This document shows positions 49,841 to 57,530 of a DNA stretch of 64,000 nucleotides, one piece after another. Source of the DNA: a virus; IMG/VR virus record IMGVR_UViG_3300030107_002709, positions 68,964 to 132,963 of that record; one strand, 5' to 3'. Every line of letters starts with the position of its first letter. Position 1 is the first letter of the stretch. Made by a program: the position numbers and the translations under genes. A model generated the notes under the pieces. It did no database searches. It was not told the origin of the DNA and saw only the letters and a program-made list of their open reading frames with translations.

Positions 49841-50431
49841 TCACTTTATTGGTCTTAATACTTTCAATGGACCTGCTGCAGCACCTTCACATACATCAAA
49901 TGCTATAGAAACACGAATACCATCCGTATCATGAGGAGGAACCCAATGTGGTATATCTGCAGAGAATATAATAAGATCTCCTTTCTTATTCTTTACATGT
50001 ACATTCTCGAAAACCTTTGGCCTTACTTGGAAGTCGAACCATGTACCGTCTGTAGGACCACCACAATATAAGATACATGATGCCCATGATACAGGTGGAC
50101 AATTAGGAGCACCAGCATCTCTATGACAATGTACACCGAGACCTTCACCTTTCCTAAAAGTATTTGCCCACATTCTTACATTTAATCCATCATGAAAAAT
50201 TCTGCGGATAGCAGGCATCATAATATTATGAATAACTGTATCATCCAAATGATTATAAGCTCCTGATCTACCACCAAGAGCATCCGTCTTTTTATATTCT
50301 GAATACGCACCATTAGCAGCTCCTATATCAGGACCAAGTGATTTAACGTATTCTTCTGTCTCTATAACACGATTGTATAATACATCACATTCTGCATCAC
50401 TTAACCAATTAGGAATAATAGTATGATCCAT
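49841..50431 (-). CDS. 2OG-Fe(II) oxygenase
   Basis: MWAN......HCH, GDLIIF....HWV and RVSIAFD motifs. Confidence 0.8.
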   Translation of the reverse strand: MDHTIIPNWLSDAECDVLYNRVIETEEYVKSLGPDIGAANGAYSEYKKTDALGGRSGAYNHLDDTVIHNIMMPAIRRIFHDGLNVRMWANTFRKGEGLGVHCHRDAGAPNCPPVSWASCILYCGGPTDGTWFDFQVRPKVFENVHVKNKKGDLIIFSADIPHWVPPHDTDGIRVSIAFDVCEGAAAGPLKVLRPIK

Positions 50432-50432
50432 G

Positions 50433-51014
50433 TTACCAAGCCCATGATACTGCTGAGTAACGTCTTCCTTTCGTTACCTCATTAACACCATGAGGAAATA
50501 GGAATAGAGAAGGGAACATAACAATATCACCCTTACCTAGATTAATAGTATAATCATCCCAAAAATATAAATCAGCACCTTCATAGTCATCATTGAGATT
50601 TAATATAAAGCTCAATATTGGTATTCCTTTTTCTTTACCATCAAATAATGAATGGATATGATCATGATGTTGTCTCATGATTTGATCACTACTATAACGA
50701 TTAAATCTTAATCCTGCAATCTTACTTAATATACTATTAGTTCTAATTGATGGATACGTATATTTCTTACTATACTCATTACCAGCATGTATTAAATGAG
50801 GTGTAAGTAACAAATGGAGATCTGATGTCGTATTTTGAACATCAATCTCCATTGTTTTTTCCGAGTTAAAAGAATCTAAATCACTATTGTACCAAGTATG
50901 AGGTTCCCAGTCTCTTGTTTCGGTATCTTTAACAACATAGTCACAGAGATTGGGAGGTATAATGCCTTTTTCTACATGGATAAAATCTTTTAGATGTGTA
51001 TCAGGGTTGTTCAC
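50433..51014 (-). CDS. 2OG-Fe(II) oxygenase, prolyl-4-hydroxylase-like
   Basis: HHD, LNDDYEG, MFPS.FLFPH.V and G.RYS motifs; GTG start. Confidence 0.88.
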   Translation of the reverse strand: MNNPDTHLKDFIHVEKGIIPPNLCDYVVKDTETRDWEPHTWYNSDLDSFNSEKTMEIDVQNTTSDLHLLLTPHLIHAGNEYSKKYTYPSIRTNSILSKIAGLRFNRYSSDQIMRQHHDHIHSLFDGKEKGIPILSFILNLNDDYEGADLYFWDDYTINLGKGDIVMFPSLFLFPHGVNEVTKGRRYSAVSWAW

Positions 51015-51153
51015 GTGGATATAGGTCTTCAGTTTTCGCTTTATTAATATCTCTCTTTTTTGTTTTCTTCAACCAGACATCAGCATCTGCTTCTGTGAGC
51101 AGAGTGCTGATTTCTTCTTCTGGTCTAGGATTCGTCTGATACAGGTCTGACAT
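51001..51153 (-). CDS. Small hypothetical protein (50 aa, MSDLYQTNPRPEEEIS...)
   Basis: Hand-translated ORF filling the gap and overlapping both neighbours. Confidence 0.55.
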   Translation of the reverse strand: MSDLYQTNPRPEEEISTLLTEADADVWLKKTKKRDINKAKTEDLYPREQP

Positions 51154-51508
51154 GATCTTCTAATGTTTTTTGTAATTGGTCTATCTTATCGTTTTGTTGT
51201 AAGATGATCTGTTCAAGAGCACCAAATCTATGGTACATATCAGCAGTCTTATCTAAGATCTTATCGAACATATCCTGAGTCATATCGGGTGGCTCATCTG
51301 GATATAGCATTAATGGATCGGGTAGACCGCTATCAGTATCCATTGCCCTTGCATGAGTACCATCAGGATATCTAATATTAGGATTATACGTCTCAGCAGC
51401 AGGAGTTCCTGCAGGAGGTACATATCCTTCGGGTATTCTATCTGGAGAAGAACTCACAGAGATATTATAGTCGGGATCATGTGGCGACCCCGTATTTTCA
51501 GTAGTCAT
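51125..51508 (-). CDS. Hypothetical protein
   Basis: ORF track. Confidence 0.6.
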   Translation of the reverse strand: MTTENTGSPHDPDYNISVSSSPDRIPEGYVPPAGTPAAETYNPNIRYPDGTHARAMDTDSGLPDPLMLYPDEPPDMTQDMFDKILDKTADMYHRFGALEQIILQQNDKIDQLQKTLEDHVRPVSDES

Positions 51509-51543
51509 AATAGTTTATATTCGGAGCTTTCGGCGATAGGCGA

Positions 51544-51672
51544 TTACTCGCTTGCCTCTGGATTATACTTTTCACGTTCCTCGGTATCTACATTACCGTC
51601 CTTATCATCATCCCAGTCTTCCCTATACTGAAGGTTCCTAGGTTTTCCAACCACATAGTTGAATTCAGTCAT
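51544..51672 (-). CDS. Small hypothetical protein (42 aa)
   Basis: Hand-translated; ATGA-coupled to the upstream ORF. Confidence 0.45.
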   Translation of the reverse strand: MTEFNYVVGKPRNLQYREDWDDDKDGNVDTEEREKYNPEASE

Positions 51673-51818
51673 TTTCTTCCTTGTCCTCGGTAGCGTTTCT
51701 TAGCTCCATTGCGAGAGCTGGCACTGTATTTAGTATGCTTCCCCATTCCCTGTCGAGATTTCTTGGGTATTGCTTCTACATATTCGCCAGCACTCAATGA
51801 TCCTTTACTTCTCGCCAT
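51669..51818 (-). CDS. Small basic conserved protein (49 aa, ...PKKSRQG.GK.TKYSASSRN..KKRYRGQGR)
   Basis: Hand-translated; motif recalled as conserved next to the PAAR gene in T4-like cyanophages. Confidence 0.75.
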   Translation of the reverse strand: MARSKGSLSAGEYVEAIPKKSRQGMGKHTKYSASSRNGAKKRYRGQGRK

Positions 51819-51855
51819 ATTAATCTTGCAAAGTACTTATATTATAACACACCCG

Positions 51856-52191
51856 TCAACTAGTGATAACTCTGATTGCAGCTGCAGCACCTACACGAAT
51901 GTTAGTACTAGCATTTAAAACATCTCCCATCTTAGCAAGTCTCTTACCATTAATTAATACCTTGGGTGAACCTGATGCAATAACTGTTCGGTCATTACTG
52001 CAAGGAGATGGATTAGACGTACAAGTCATTCCAGGACTGTTAGGCATTTTATCTCCATCCCTGATAGGTTGAAAACCATTAATCAGAACTTTCAGTTCAG
52101 GAGTGGTAGGAGTCATCGTGAACGGAGAGCCTGTGCATGGACAGGAAGCACCTGTATCGACTATTCCTTTATAAAGTGTTGGTGCAGACAT
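51856..52191 (-). CDS. PAAR-like spike tip protein (T4 gp5.4-like)
   Basis: VLING....R.GD and GS.KVLINGK.LA..GD repeats with Cys residues. Confidence 0.85.
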   Translation of the reverse strand: MSAPTLYKGIVDTGASCPCTGSPFTMTPTTPELKVLINGFQPIRDGDKMPNSPGMTCTSNPSPCSNDRTVIASGSPKVLINGKRLAKMGDVLNASTNIRVGAAAAIRVITS

Positions 52192-52196
52192 CGGAA

Positions 52197-52514
52197 TTAT
52201 AGGGAGGGAGTGTTAATATCATCCAAGTATACCGTAGGTGTCCTCTTTGAAAGGGCACTAAGGCGAGCTTCGATATCTGTGAGACGTACTCCATGATTTG
52301 TCCGAGGGGCAGCATGGGAGTTTTCTTCAAGCTTACGAAGTCTTTCTTCTACACTATCTAGGTACTCTGCTACCTTTATATGTGTTTCCCCTTCAGGTGG
52401 TCTGTACATCAATGTAGGTGTCTCCAATGCTCTCACTCTTTGGAGTAGCTCTGAGACTTGGTTCTCTAGGCGTTTGGTCGGACTGAGTTGATTGGTATCT
52501 TGCTGATGCTGCAT
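52197..52514 (-). CDS. Hypothetical coiled-coil protein (probable start MQHQQD)
   Basis: ORF track; LMYRPP motif. Confidence 0.55.
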   Translation of the reverse strand: MQHQQDTNQLSPTKRLENQVSELLQRVRALETPTLMYRPPEGETHIKVAEYLDSVEERLRKLEENSHAAPRTNHGVRLTDIEARLSALSKRTPTVYLDDINTPSL

Positions 52515-52602
52515 GGTCGAAGTAATCACAGAATTGGTCAAAGTTGTTGAGTGCCTCTTCATATGTCCAAGAGGATGGACTTTTTTCGGGATTTTTTGTC
52601 AC
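52393..52602 (-). CDS. Hypothetical protein
   Basis: ORF track; first ORF after the late promoter. Confidence 0.5.
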   Translation of the reverse strand: MTKNPEKSPSSWTYEEALNNFDQFCDYFDHAASARYQSTQSDQTPREPSLRATPKSESIGDTYIDVQTT

Positions 52603-52650
52603 GGAAATTTTTTTGGAATTTAGGGTTTTGAGATTTCAATTTTGTAAAAA

Positions 52651-52658
52651 TATTTATA
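52651..52658 (-). promoter_or_regulatory. T4 late promoter TATAAATA heading the structural module
   Basis: Perfect consensus just downstream of the early-region terminator. Confidence 0.7.
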
Positions 52659-52720
52659 TGTCGTTGGGATACTTTTGTAGGTTAGCTCTTTTGAATTTTC
52701 GCTCGGGCCATCGGGGCATA

Positions 52721-52749
52721 CAAAAAAGGGGGCAAATCACTGCCCCCTG
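52721..52749 (-). terminator. Intrinsic terminator at the early/late boundary
   Basis: Minus strand AGGGGGCA-GTGATT-TGCCCCCT followed by a T-run. Confidence 0.85.
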
Positions 52750-52757
52750 TGAAATCC

Positions 52758-52946
52758 TTATGCCTCCACGTCCATCCATCTGAACTGTGAAATCGTGCCG
52801 ACCCTCCAAATTGTGATTGGTTCGCCGATCTCTTGTGACCAGTTGAATGCCATGTCGGACGCTGCTTCAAATCCAGTAGCGACAAACTCACAAATCATGT
52901 CGTTGAATTCGCCTGTGGATTTTGGTTGAATTGCCCAAGTGGTCAT
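52758..52946 (-). CDS. Small early hypothetical protein (MTTWAIQP...)
   Basis: ORF track with start trimmed; TATAAT upstream at about 52977-52982. Confidence 0.6.
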   Translation of the reverse strand: MTTWAIQPKSTGEFNDMICEFVATGFEAASDMAFNWSQEIGEPITIWRVGTISQFRWMDVEA

Positions 52947-52987
52947 GCGTTGGATCCCTGTGTTGTTTACTCTATTATTATACATGG

Positions 52988-53770
52988 TCAGTCAGCAAAT
53001 ACAATGGTCGGTGACGAGTCCTTAACAAACTGTTGTACTTTGTCTTGTTGGATTTTGATCACGGTCTGACTGTTCTTATTTGCTTTGCTTAGTCCAAGCA
53101 TTGCCTTGATGCCATTGTTGCTAGTCACCCTAAGACGCAGACCAATATCAATACCAGACCCAATGTCATTTATGCCTTTGCCTGGTGCTATGAATATAAT
53201 CTTACGACTTGACTTGCCACGCCCTTGCACTAATACTGGTTTGTATTGTTGTTTTAATAATTTCACTAAAGGGGTGGCAGCATGGTCTATAATGTAAAGG
53301 GTGTCTGCCTCAGTGTCTGCCACTACCAGTTTGAATCCCGTTTGCTTATCGCATACCTGTTCCTGGAGAAACTTGGTAATTTGCGTTGACGTGATTTTCG
53401 ATAGTGCTGCCTCACAGCATTTACTATACCAATCACGGACTTCAGAGATATCAGGGACAACGCTGTTTTCTCTAGCGTACTTAATGAATCTGAAGTAGTC
53501 CGTAAATACTGTTCTGTCGATGATGCCATCTGTGTTAGAGGTGTTGATCCAATCAAACGACCCATTGGCAAGACCTTTCTTTCTTTTGATAGAAATGGGA
53601 ACATTGCCTGCCATTGCGTCTGCTTTATTCTTTGTCCCTCCAAGATGAGTGACAGGGCAATCGAAATAATTACGATTGTTGAGAAGTTCAATGACAGCAT
53701 GTTCATTAGCAATGCCTTCGTAGTGGGTTGATCCGTTGGTTTTAAACATTTGATTATGCGTGATCGACAC
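52988..53770 (-). CDS. Putative PD-(D/E)XK-type endonuclease
   Basis: G..NE..V...L, GGT..KAD and ISIK pattern resembling the E...D...xxK nuclease core. Confidence 0.5.
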   Translation of the reverse strand: MSITHNQMFKTNGSTHYEGIANEHAVIELLNNRNYFDCPVTHLGGTKNKADAMAGNVPISIKRKKGLANGSFDWINTSNTDGIIDRTVFTDYFRFIKYARENSVVPDISEVRDWYSKCCEAALSKITSTQITKFLQEQVCDKQTGFKLVVADTEADTLYIIDHAATPLVKLLKQQYKPVLVQGRGKSSRKIIFIAPGKGINDIGSGIDIGLRLRVTSNNGIKAMLGLSKANKNSQTVIKIQQDKVQQFVKDSSPTIVFAD

Positions 53771-53796
53771 GCTGTAAGGTGAATAAAAAAAGTGAC

Positions 53797-53958
53797 CTAG
53801 TGGCGGTCACTTATATTCCAATGACCCGTAGGGTGTGATTGGAATTCAAAATTTCTAGAGTGCATAGCGGTTAGTGCTGCCATGACTGCTTTGTCTTTAA
53901 GACATGATTCGGACATCAATACTTGATTGTCGAATGCTTTAATGAGTTTGTTGTTCAT
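53797..53958 (-). CDS. Small early protein (53 aa, MNNKLIKAFDNQVLMSE...HWNISDRH)
   Basis: Hand-translated; TATAAT 6 nt before the ATG. Confidence 0.65.
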   Translation of the reverse strand: MNNKLIKAFDNQVLMSESCLKDKAVMAALTAMHSRNFEFQSHPTGHWNISDRH

Positions 53959-54000
53959 GTCTTAATTATAATGGGTGAGGTGTGCTAATGGTCAAAGCTT

Positions 54001-54022
54001 GTGACACTTAGTAAGGTTGCAC
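54001..54022. promoter_or_regulatory. 22-bp palindromic early-promoter element, copy A
   Basis: GTGACACTT-AGTA-AGGTTGCAC; 30 bp upstream of minus-strand TATAAT (53965-53970). Confidence 0.6.
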
Positions 54023-54157
54023 CTCTGCCCTCATGCCGACCTCTAAAAATGTTTCAATAAAGTTCAGAGCATCGGCATATGATCTGAAGTTGACCAGGCG
54101 TGGGTGACGCTGATGCCCCACCCAATACCTGACAGTTGTTGTTGATGATGATCGCAT
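54008..54157 (-). CDS. Small hypothetical protein (49 aa)
   Basis: Hand-translated MRSSSTTTVRYW...; TAATG coupling. Confidence 0.55.
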   Translation of the reverse strand: MRSSSTTTVRYWVGHQRHPRLVNFRSYADALNFIETFLEVGMRAEVQPY

Positions 54158-54462
54158 TAATTGAAAATGGCGTTAGTTTGGACTTGAGAGACAAGAACGG
54201 ATTCTTGTCTGAATTGTTTTTTGTATGCTGCTGCTATGCAGTTCATAGAGAGCATATGTTCATCAAGTTCAGAATCTGCGATCTCAATGTAAAAGATTTT
54301 AGTCTTTTCAAATTGACCTTTCCAGATGCCTTCACCGTCAATGAATGTGCCATACTCGAAATGTGGCATGATTTCACGTCTTATGAAATCGTTCATCATA
54401 TGGTCAGTAACAGTGCCCTCGTTGGGGATGTCTCTGCCCATTGTGAGTTCAAGTCTAATCAT
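54157..54462 (-). CDS. DUF3574-like protein
   Basis: EL..GR.IP..G.V, G.G.WKG..E.TKI and YK.QF.QESVL motifs. Confidence 0.75.
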   Translation of the reverse strand: MIRLELTMGRDIPNEGTVTDHMMNDFIRREIMPHFEYGTFIDGEGIWKGQFEKTKIFYIEIADSELDEHMLSMNCIAAAYKKQFRQESVLVSQVQTNAIFN

Positions 54463-54475
54463 GGAAACTTGTTGA

Positions 54476-54748
54476 CTACTCCTTAATAATATCATGACCA
54501 AAGGATCTTTCAACCTTTGGTGGGACACTTGTTACATTGTCCACGAGCTCTTCCAATAACTCCTCATCAAATGTACATGATATATCATCACAAATTTCTT
54601 GCCGTGATGCGTATTCATTGAGGTCACGTTGGATCGTATCAAATACAAATCGCTCCATGTCCTTCCAGTCCATACCATCACAAATGATTTGGGTGTACTG
54701 CTCAATGAGTTCTTCCCATTGTTCAGTTGTTAGTTCAGGTGCTTTCAT
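54476..54748 (-). CDS. Small acidic early protein
   Basis: ORF track; paralogous to 55972-56217. Confidence 0.7.
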   Translation of the reverse strand: MKAPELTTEQWEELIEQYTQIICDGMDWKDMERFVFDTIQRDLNEYASRQEICDDISCTFDEELLEELVDNVTSVPPKVERSFGHDIIKE

Positions 54749-54754
54749 GGAAAT

Positions 54755-54907
54755 AAAAAAGAAAAGTGTGGAGTCTTCAAAACTCTTATTTTTATAACGG
54801 ATGAGTTACCGTGAGTACAAGAGGTCTCCAAACATAAAGAGCAGTTTTCCACAGCGTGTACCAAAGGACATCTGATTGTTGCTCACCCCTGCCTTGCGTC
54901 TCCACAT
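54755..54907 (-). ncRNA. Candidate structured small RNA (about 145 nt)
   Basis: Upstream -10 box; 5' TGTGGAG pairs with 3' CTCCACA followed by a U-run; nested AGGGGT/ACCTCT and GAGCA/TGCTC helices. Confidence 0.5.
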
Positions 54908-54921
54908 TTATAATATAGCAA

Positions 54922-54944
54922 TAAAAAACCCCCTTGAGGGGGTT
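54922..54944 (-). terminator. Intrinsic terminator
   Basis: AACCCCC-TTGA-GGGGGTT with a minus-strand T-run, directly after ORF 54951-55226. Confidence 0.8.
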
Positions 54945-54950
54945 GGGTGT

Positions 54951-55226
54951 TCACTTTGCAAACTGTCTCACATATGTGTTGAGTTTGGCGAAGTCCTGAA
55001 GTAGCATTGCTATTTCATAATTGTGAATTGCCCAACGTGCTTTAATGTCCTGGACATAGCGTGATGGGGTGATGAGTTTAGCAGATGAGGGACGGCGTGG
55101 TGCTGATACCTTGACTGCCTTCACTTTTCTCACTGTTGCAGTGACCTTCTTAGGGGTCTTGACTGGTGTTACCTTACGTGCTGCAACCTTACGGGTGCGA
55201 GTCTTGCGAGGTGTTGCAACGGTCAT
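54951..55226 (-). CDS. Small protein with Lys/Arg-rich, histone-H1-like N-terminus
   Basis: ORF track; composition. Confidence 0.7.
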   Translation of the reverse strand: MTVATPRKTRTRKVAARKVTPVKTPKKVTATVRKVKAVKVSAPRRPSSAKLITPSRYVQDIKARWAIHNYEIAMLLQDFAKLNTYVRQFAK

Positions 55227-55409
55227 GCGTGTTATTCATTTGAACTCCCTTATTGTACATGATATTGGTATCATGTTACGAGAATCGTTACACATTGAAA
55301 CAATACAAAAAAATCAGGCCGCCCGTGGTCAGTTGGGAGACTGTCCCGATGTCTGTTGTAATCCGTTACAATTGGATGATTTGGGGTCAAAATCGTGTAT
55401 TATAAGGAT

Positions 55410-55589
55410 ATGAAATTCACCGATCAGTTTTCAGTTGCTCTCGACTCGCAAGAGTACGATCAACTTCAGGAGATGTTCTCCTTCTGTGCTCAGTTCGATT
55501 TCACCGAGCATCACGATTCTGAAATCTTTGACCGTCTCTGGGATAAGGTTTTAGACGCAGATCACAAAGTCCTTTCATCCGATTCTTAA
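55410..55589 (+). CDS. Small acidic early protein (start MKFTDQ)
   Basis: TATTAT (55398-55403) 6 nt before the ATG. Confidence 0.65.
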   Translation: MKFTDQFSVALDSQEYDQLQEMFSFCAQFDFTEHHDSEIFDRLWDKVLDADHKVLSSDS

Positions 55590-55590
55590 A

Positions 55591-55767
55591 ATGAGCACAC
55601 ATCCTCACACTCTTGAAAATCTTGCAGAGTCAATCTATGAAGAGATTGTCGCTGCTAACTTCAGAGACCTTGAGAGGTCAGATGAAGAACTGGTCTATGC
55701 TATCGCATGTGACCGTGCTCAGATCGAGTACAATGACCTAGTTCACGATTACATCAACGGATTATGA
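55591..55767 (+). CDS. Small acidic protein (58 aa, MSTHPHTLENLAESIYEE...)
   Basis: Hand-translated; fills the operon gap. Confidence 0.6.
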   Translation: MSTHPHTLENLAESIYEEIVAANFRDLERSDEELVYAIACDRAQIEYNDLVHDYINGL

Positions 55768-55979
55768 AATATCCTTTGCGTGAGATCGACCCACAATGGT
55801 CATTCGAGTACATGAAGTGCGACCCCACAGATTTCTTGGTCGCACTTTATGAGGATTACTGTTTACATCACGGTCTGCCTCTGGTATCTGCTGATGAACA
55901 GGACATCTACCACATGCCTCCAAAACAGAGAGCATGGATTCATTCATTTATTGTAATTTGGGATTCACTCCATGCCTGA
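55764..55979 (+). CDS. Small hypothetical protein
   Basis: ORF track; ATGA coupling. Confidence 0.65.
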   Translation: MKYPLREIDPQWSFEYMKCDPTDFLVALYEDYCLHHGLPLVSADEQDIYHMPPKQRAWIHSFIVIWDSLHA

Positions 55980-56217
55980 GTACAACGACTGCACCTATGA
56001 CCAATTGGTCGAAGACTATGCAGATATCGTCATTGACCGTATGGACTTCCAAGAACTCTATGAGTTTGCAAGGGAGACAGTCATTGACCGATTAGAAAAC
56101 ATGACTGAGAGGGGATTAATCGATCACATCAACGAGGTCGAATGTGATGAGACCGCAGATGAAATCATCTCCACTCATTACGGAATCAACCCACCAGACT
56201 GTTACATCACTGACTGA
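55972..56217 (+). CDS. Small acidic early protein
   Basis: ORF track; paralogue of 54476-54748. Confidence 0.7.
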   Translation: MPEYNDCTYDQLVEDYADIVIDRMDFQELYEFARETVIDRLENMTERGLIDHINEVECDETADEIISTHYGINPPDCYITD

Positions 56218-56375
56218 TGAAAATTGAACTCACAGAGAATCAGGTCAGCTTGATTCTCTACTGTCTTGAGGGGTACGTTCAAGGCAATGACGATCACGAT
56301 CTATGTGACGAGGTTGACGAGATCTTCGAGGTCTTAGAGAACATAGAGTTTTCCACAACCCCTGTGGAAAACTAA
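56217..56375 (+). CDS. Small acidic protein (52 aa, ends FSTTPVEN)
   Basis: Hand-translated; TGATG coupling; followed by a terminator. Confidence 0.6.
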   Translation: MKIELTENQVSLILYCLEGYVQGNDDHDLCDEVDEIFEVLENIEFSTTPVEN

Positions 56376-56382
56376 TCCTGAT

Positions 56383-56406
56383 ACCCCACTTCGAGTGGGG
56401 TTTCTT
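56383..56406 (+). terminator. Intrinsic terminator
   Basis: ACCCCACT-TCG-AGTGGGGT-TTCTT. Confidence 0.8.
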
Positions 56407-56616
56407 CATGTTCGATTTCTATAGTGTCATACCCTATAGGTAGGATATCTCTATAGTACTTCAAAAGCTCTTCCGTCTGCTCCTTTAGCTCTAAATCGAA
56501 ATCCATTAGACATCTCCAATAGGGTATTACTAATTATAACACGAAAGTGTTAAATTTACAATTATTAAAAAAACTGACTTTCTCAAATTAATGAAAAAGT
56601 CAGTTTTCTGCTTTTC

Positions 56617-56847
56617 TTAAACTTCTTCACAAAGAGAATAGAAGTATTCCTGTGGAAAACTCTTATTGTATGCTGTGGAAAAGTTGTTCAAATGTCTTGA
56701 AGTTGTCCTGGACCATTTCTTCTCTGTCTTGCAGTATCCTATCTCTGGGACATATGCTGCGACTGGTGTTTCATAAGAGAAGAAAACCTCTGTGCCATTC
56801 TTGTAGATGACTTTAGACTGGTTTGATCCGAGTTGGCGAAGTTGCAT
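56617..56847 (-). CDS. Conserved phage early protein (start MQLRQLGSNQ)
   Basis: FFSYETPVAA and T.KKWS.TTSRH.N motifs; own promoter. Confidence 0.75.
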   Translation of the reverse strand: MQLRQLGSNQSKVIYKNGTEVFFSYETPVAAYVPEIGYCKTEKKWSRTTSRHLNNFSTAYNKSFPQEYFYSLCEEV

Positions 56848-56911
56848 TGAATGAACGTGCTTTGTTGACTCTCTTAATATAGTCCATCCTGGGCACAATG
56901 GGTGACAACGT

Positions 56912-56933
56912 GTGCCACTAAAAAAAGTGACCA
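56912..56933. promoter_or_regulatory. 22-bp palindromic early-promoter element, copy C
   Basis: GTGCCACTA-AAAA-AAGTGACCA; 30 bp upstream of minus-strand TATATT (56876-56881). Confidence 0.6.
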
Positions 56934-56968
56934 TTGCTGATCACTTTCTTGTCTGGTGTATTGTAATA

Positions 56969-57118
56969 TTATTGTTGTGAATAGTAATAATCTCCCTCAT
57001 CCTTGAACTTTCGGTCTCGTTTCTTCTTAGATCGTGATTTGTTCTGTACTTTTAACCCATATTGCTCCTCTACTTGGTCGATGTCGGTGTAACTGTCTAG
57101 TTTATAGTTCTTGGTCAT
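56969..57118 (-). CDS. Small hypothetical protein (49 aa)
   Basis: Hand-translated MTKNYKLDSY... Confidence 0.5.
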   Translation of the reverse strand: MTKNYKLDSYTDIDQVEEQYGLKVQNKSRSKKKRDRKFKDEGDYYYSQQ

Positions 57119-57143
57119 GAGTTCGTATTGACTACACTAATAT

Positions 57144-57389
57144 TTATTGGTCGCCTTTGATCAATTCTAGGGTATTATCCCTAATTGATGTATTAATATA
57201 GCGTCCAATGCTTTTATTTGTATCAATTAGTACTTTTTGTACTGTTTTTGCAAATTCTTCGATGTTTTTGCAATTATATTCATATTCTTTGTCAATATTG
57301 CCGTTAAATGTTACAAATACACGCTTTTCTTCACATTTTATGCGAAATACAGCACTTGAATCGATGTTTTCAAAGACTATTGGGGTCAT
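57144..57389 (-). CDS. KTSC-like domain protein
   Basis: SSAV..I......V.F......Y.Y and SIGRYIN..IR pattern. Confidence 0.6.
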   Translation of the reverse strand: MTPIVFENIDSSAVFRIKCEEKRVFVTFNGNIDKEYEYNCKNIEEFAKTVQKVLIDTNKSIGRYINTSIRDNTLELIKGDQ

Positions 57390-57401
57390 TTGCGTTAATG
57401 G

Positions 57402-57530
57402 TTAAAATGTGAAAGCTGAAAAACCCAAAATACTTAAAAAGTGAGTTTTTTGACTTTTTAAGAAATCACAAAAACTCAAAAAGACAGAAAAGTGCCTTTT
57501 ATCACATTTTGGGTTTCTCAGACTCTCCAT
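57402..57530 (-). ncRNA. Candidate structured RNA or leader (about 125 nt)
   Basis: 16-bp closing helix, 10-bp and 8-bp hairpins, 9-bp pseudoknot; mismatches resolve as G-U only on the minus strand; -10 box directly upstream. Confidence 0.55.

Noticed and set aside
55357-55370. NtcA binding site
   Set aside because: The spacer is 6 nt rather than the 8 nt of GTA-N8-TAC
55300-56410. Invertible segment explaining the + strand early operon
   Set aside because: No flanking inverted recombination sites or recombinase were seen; a divergent promoter and a dedicated terminator explain it
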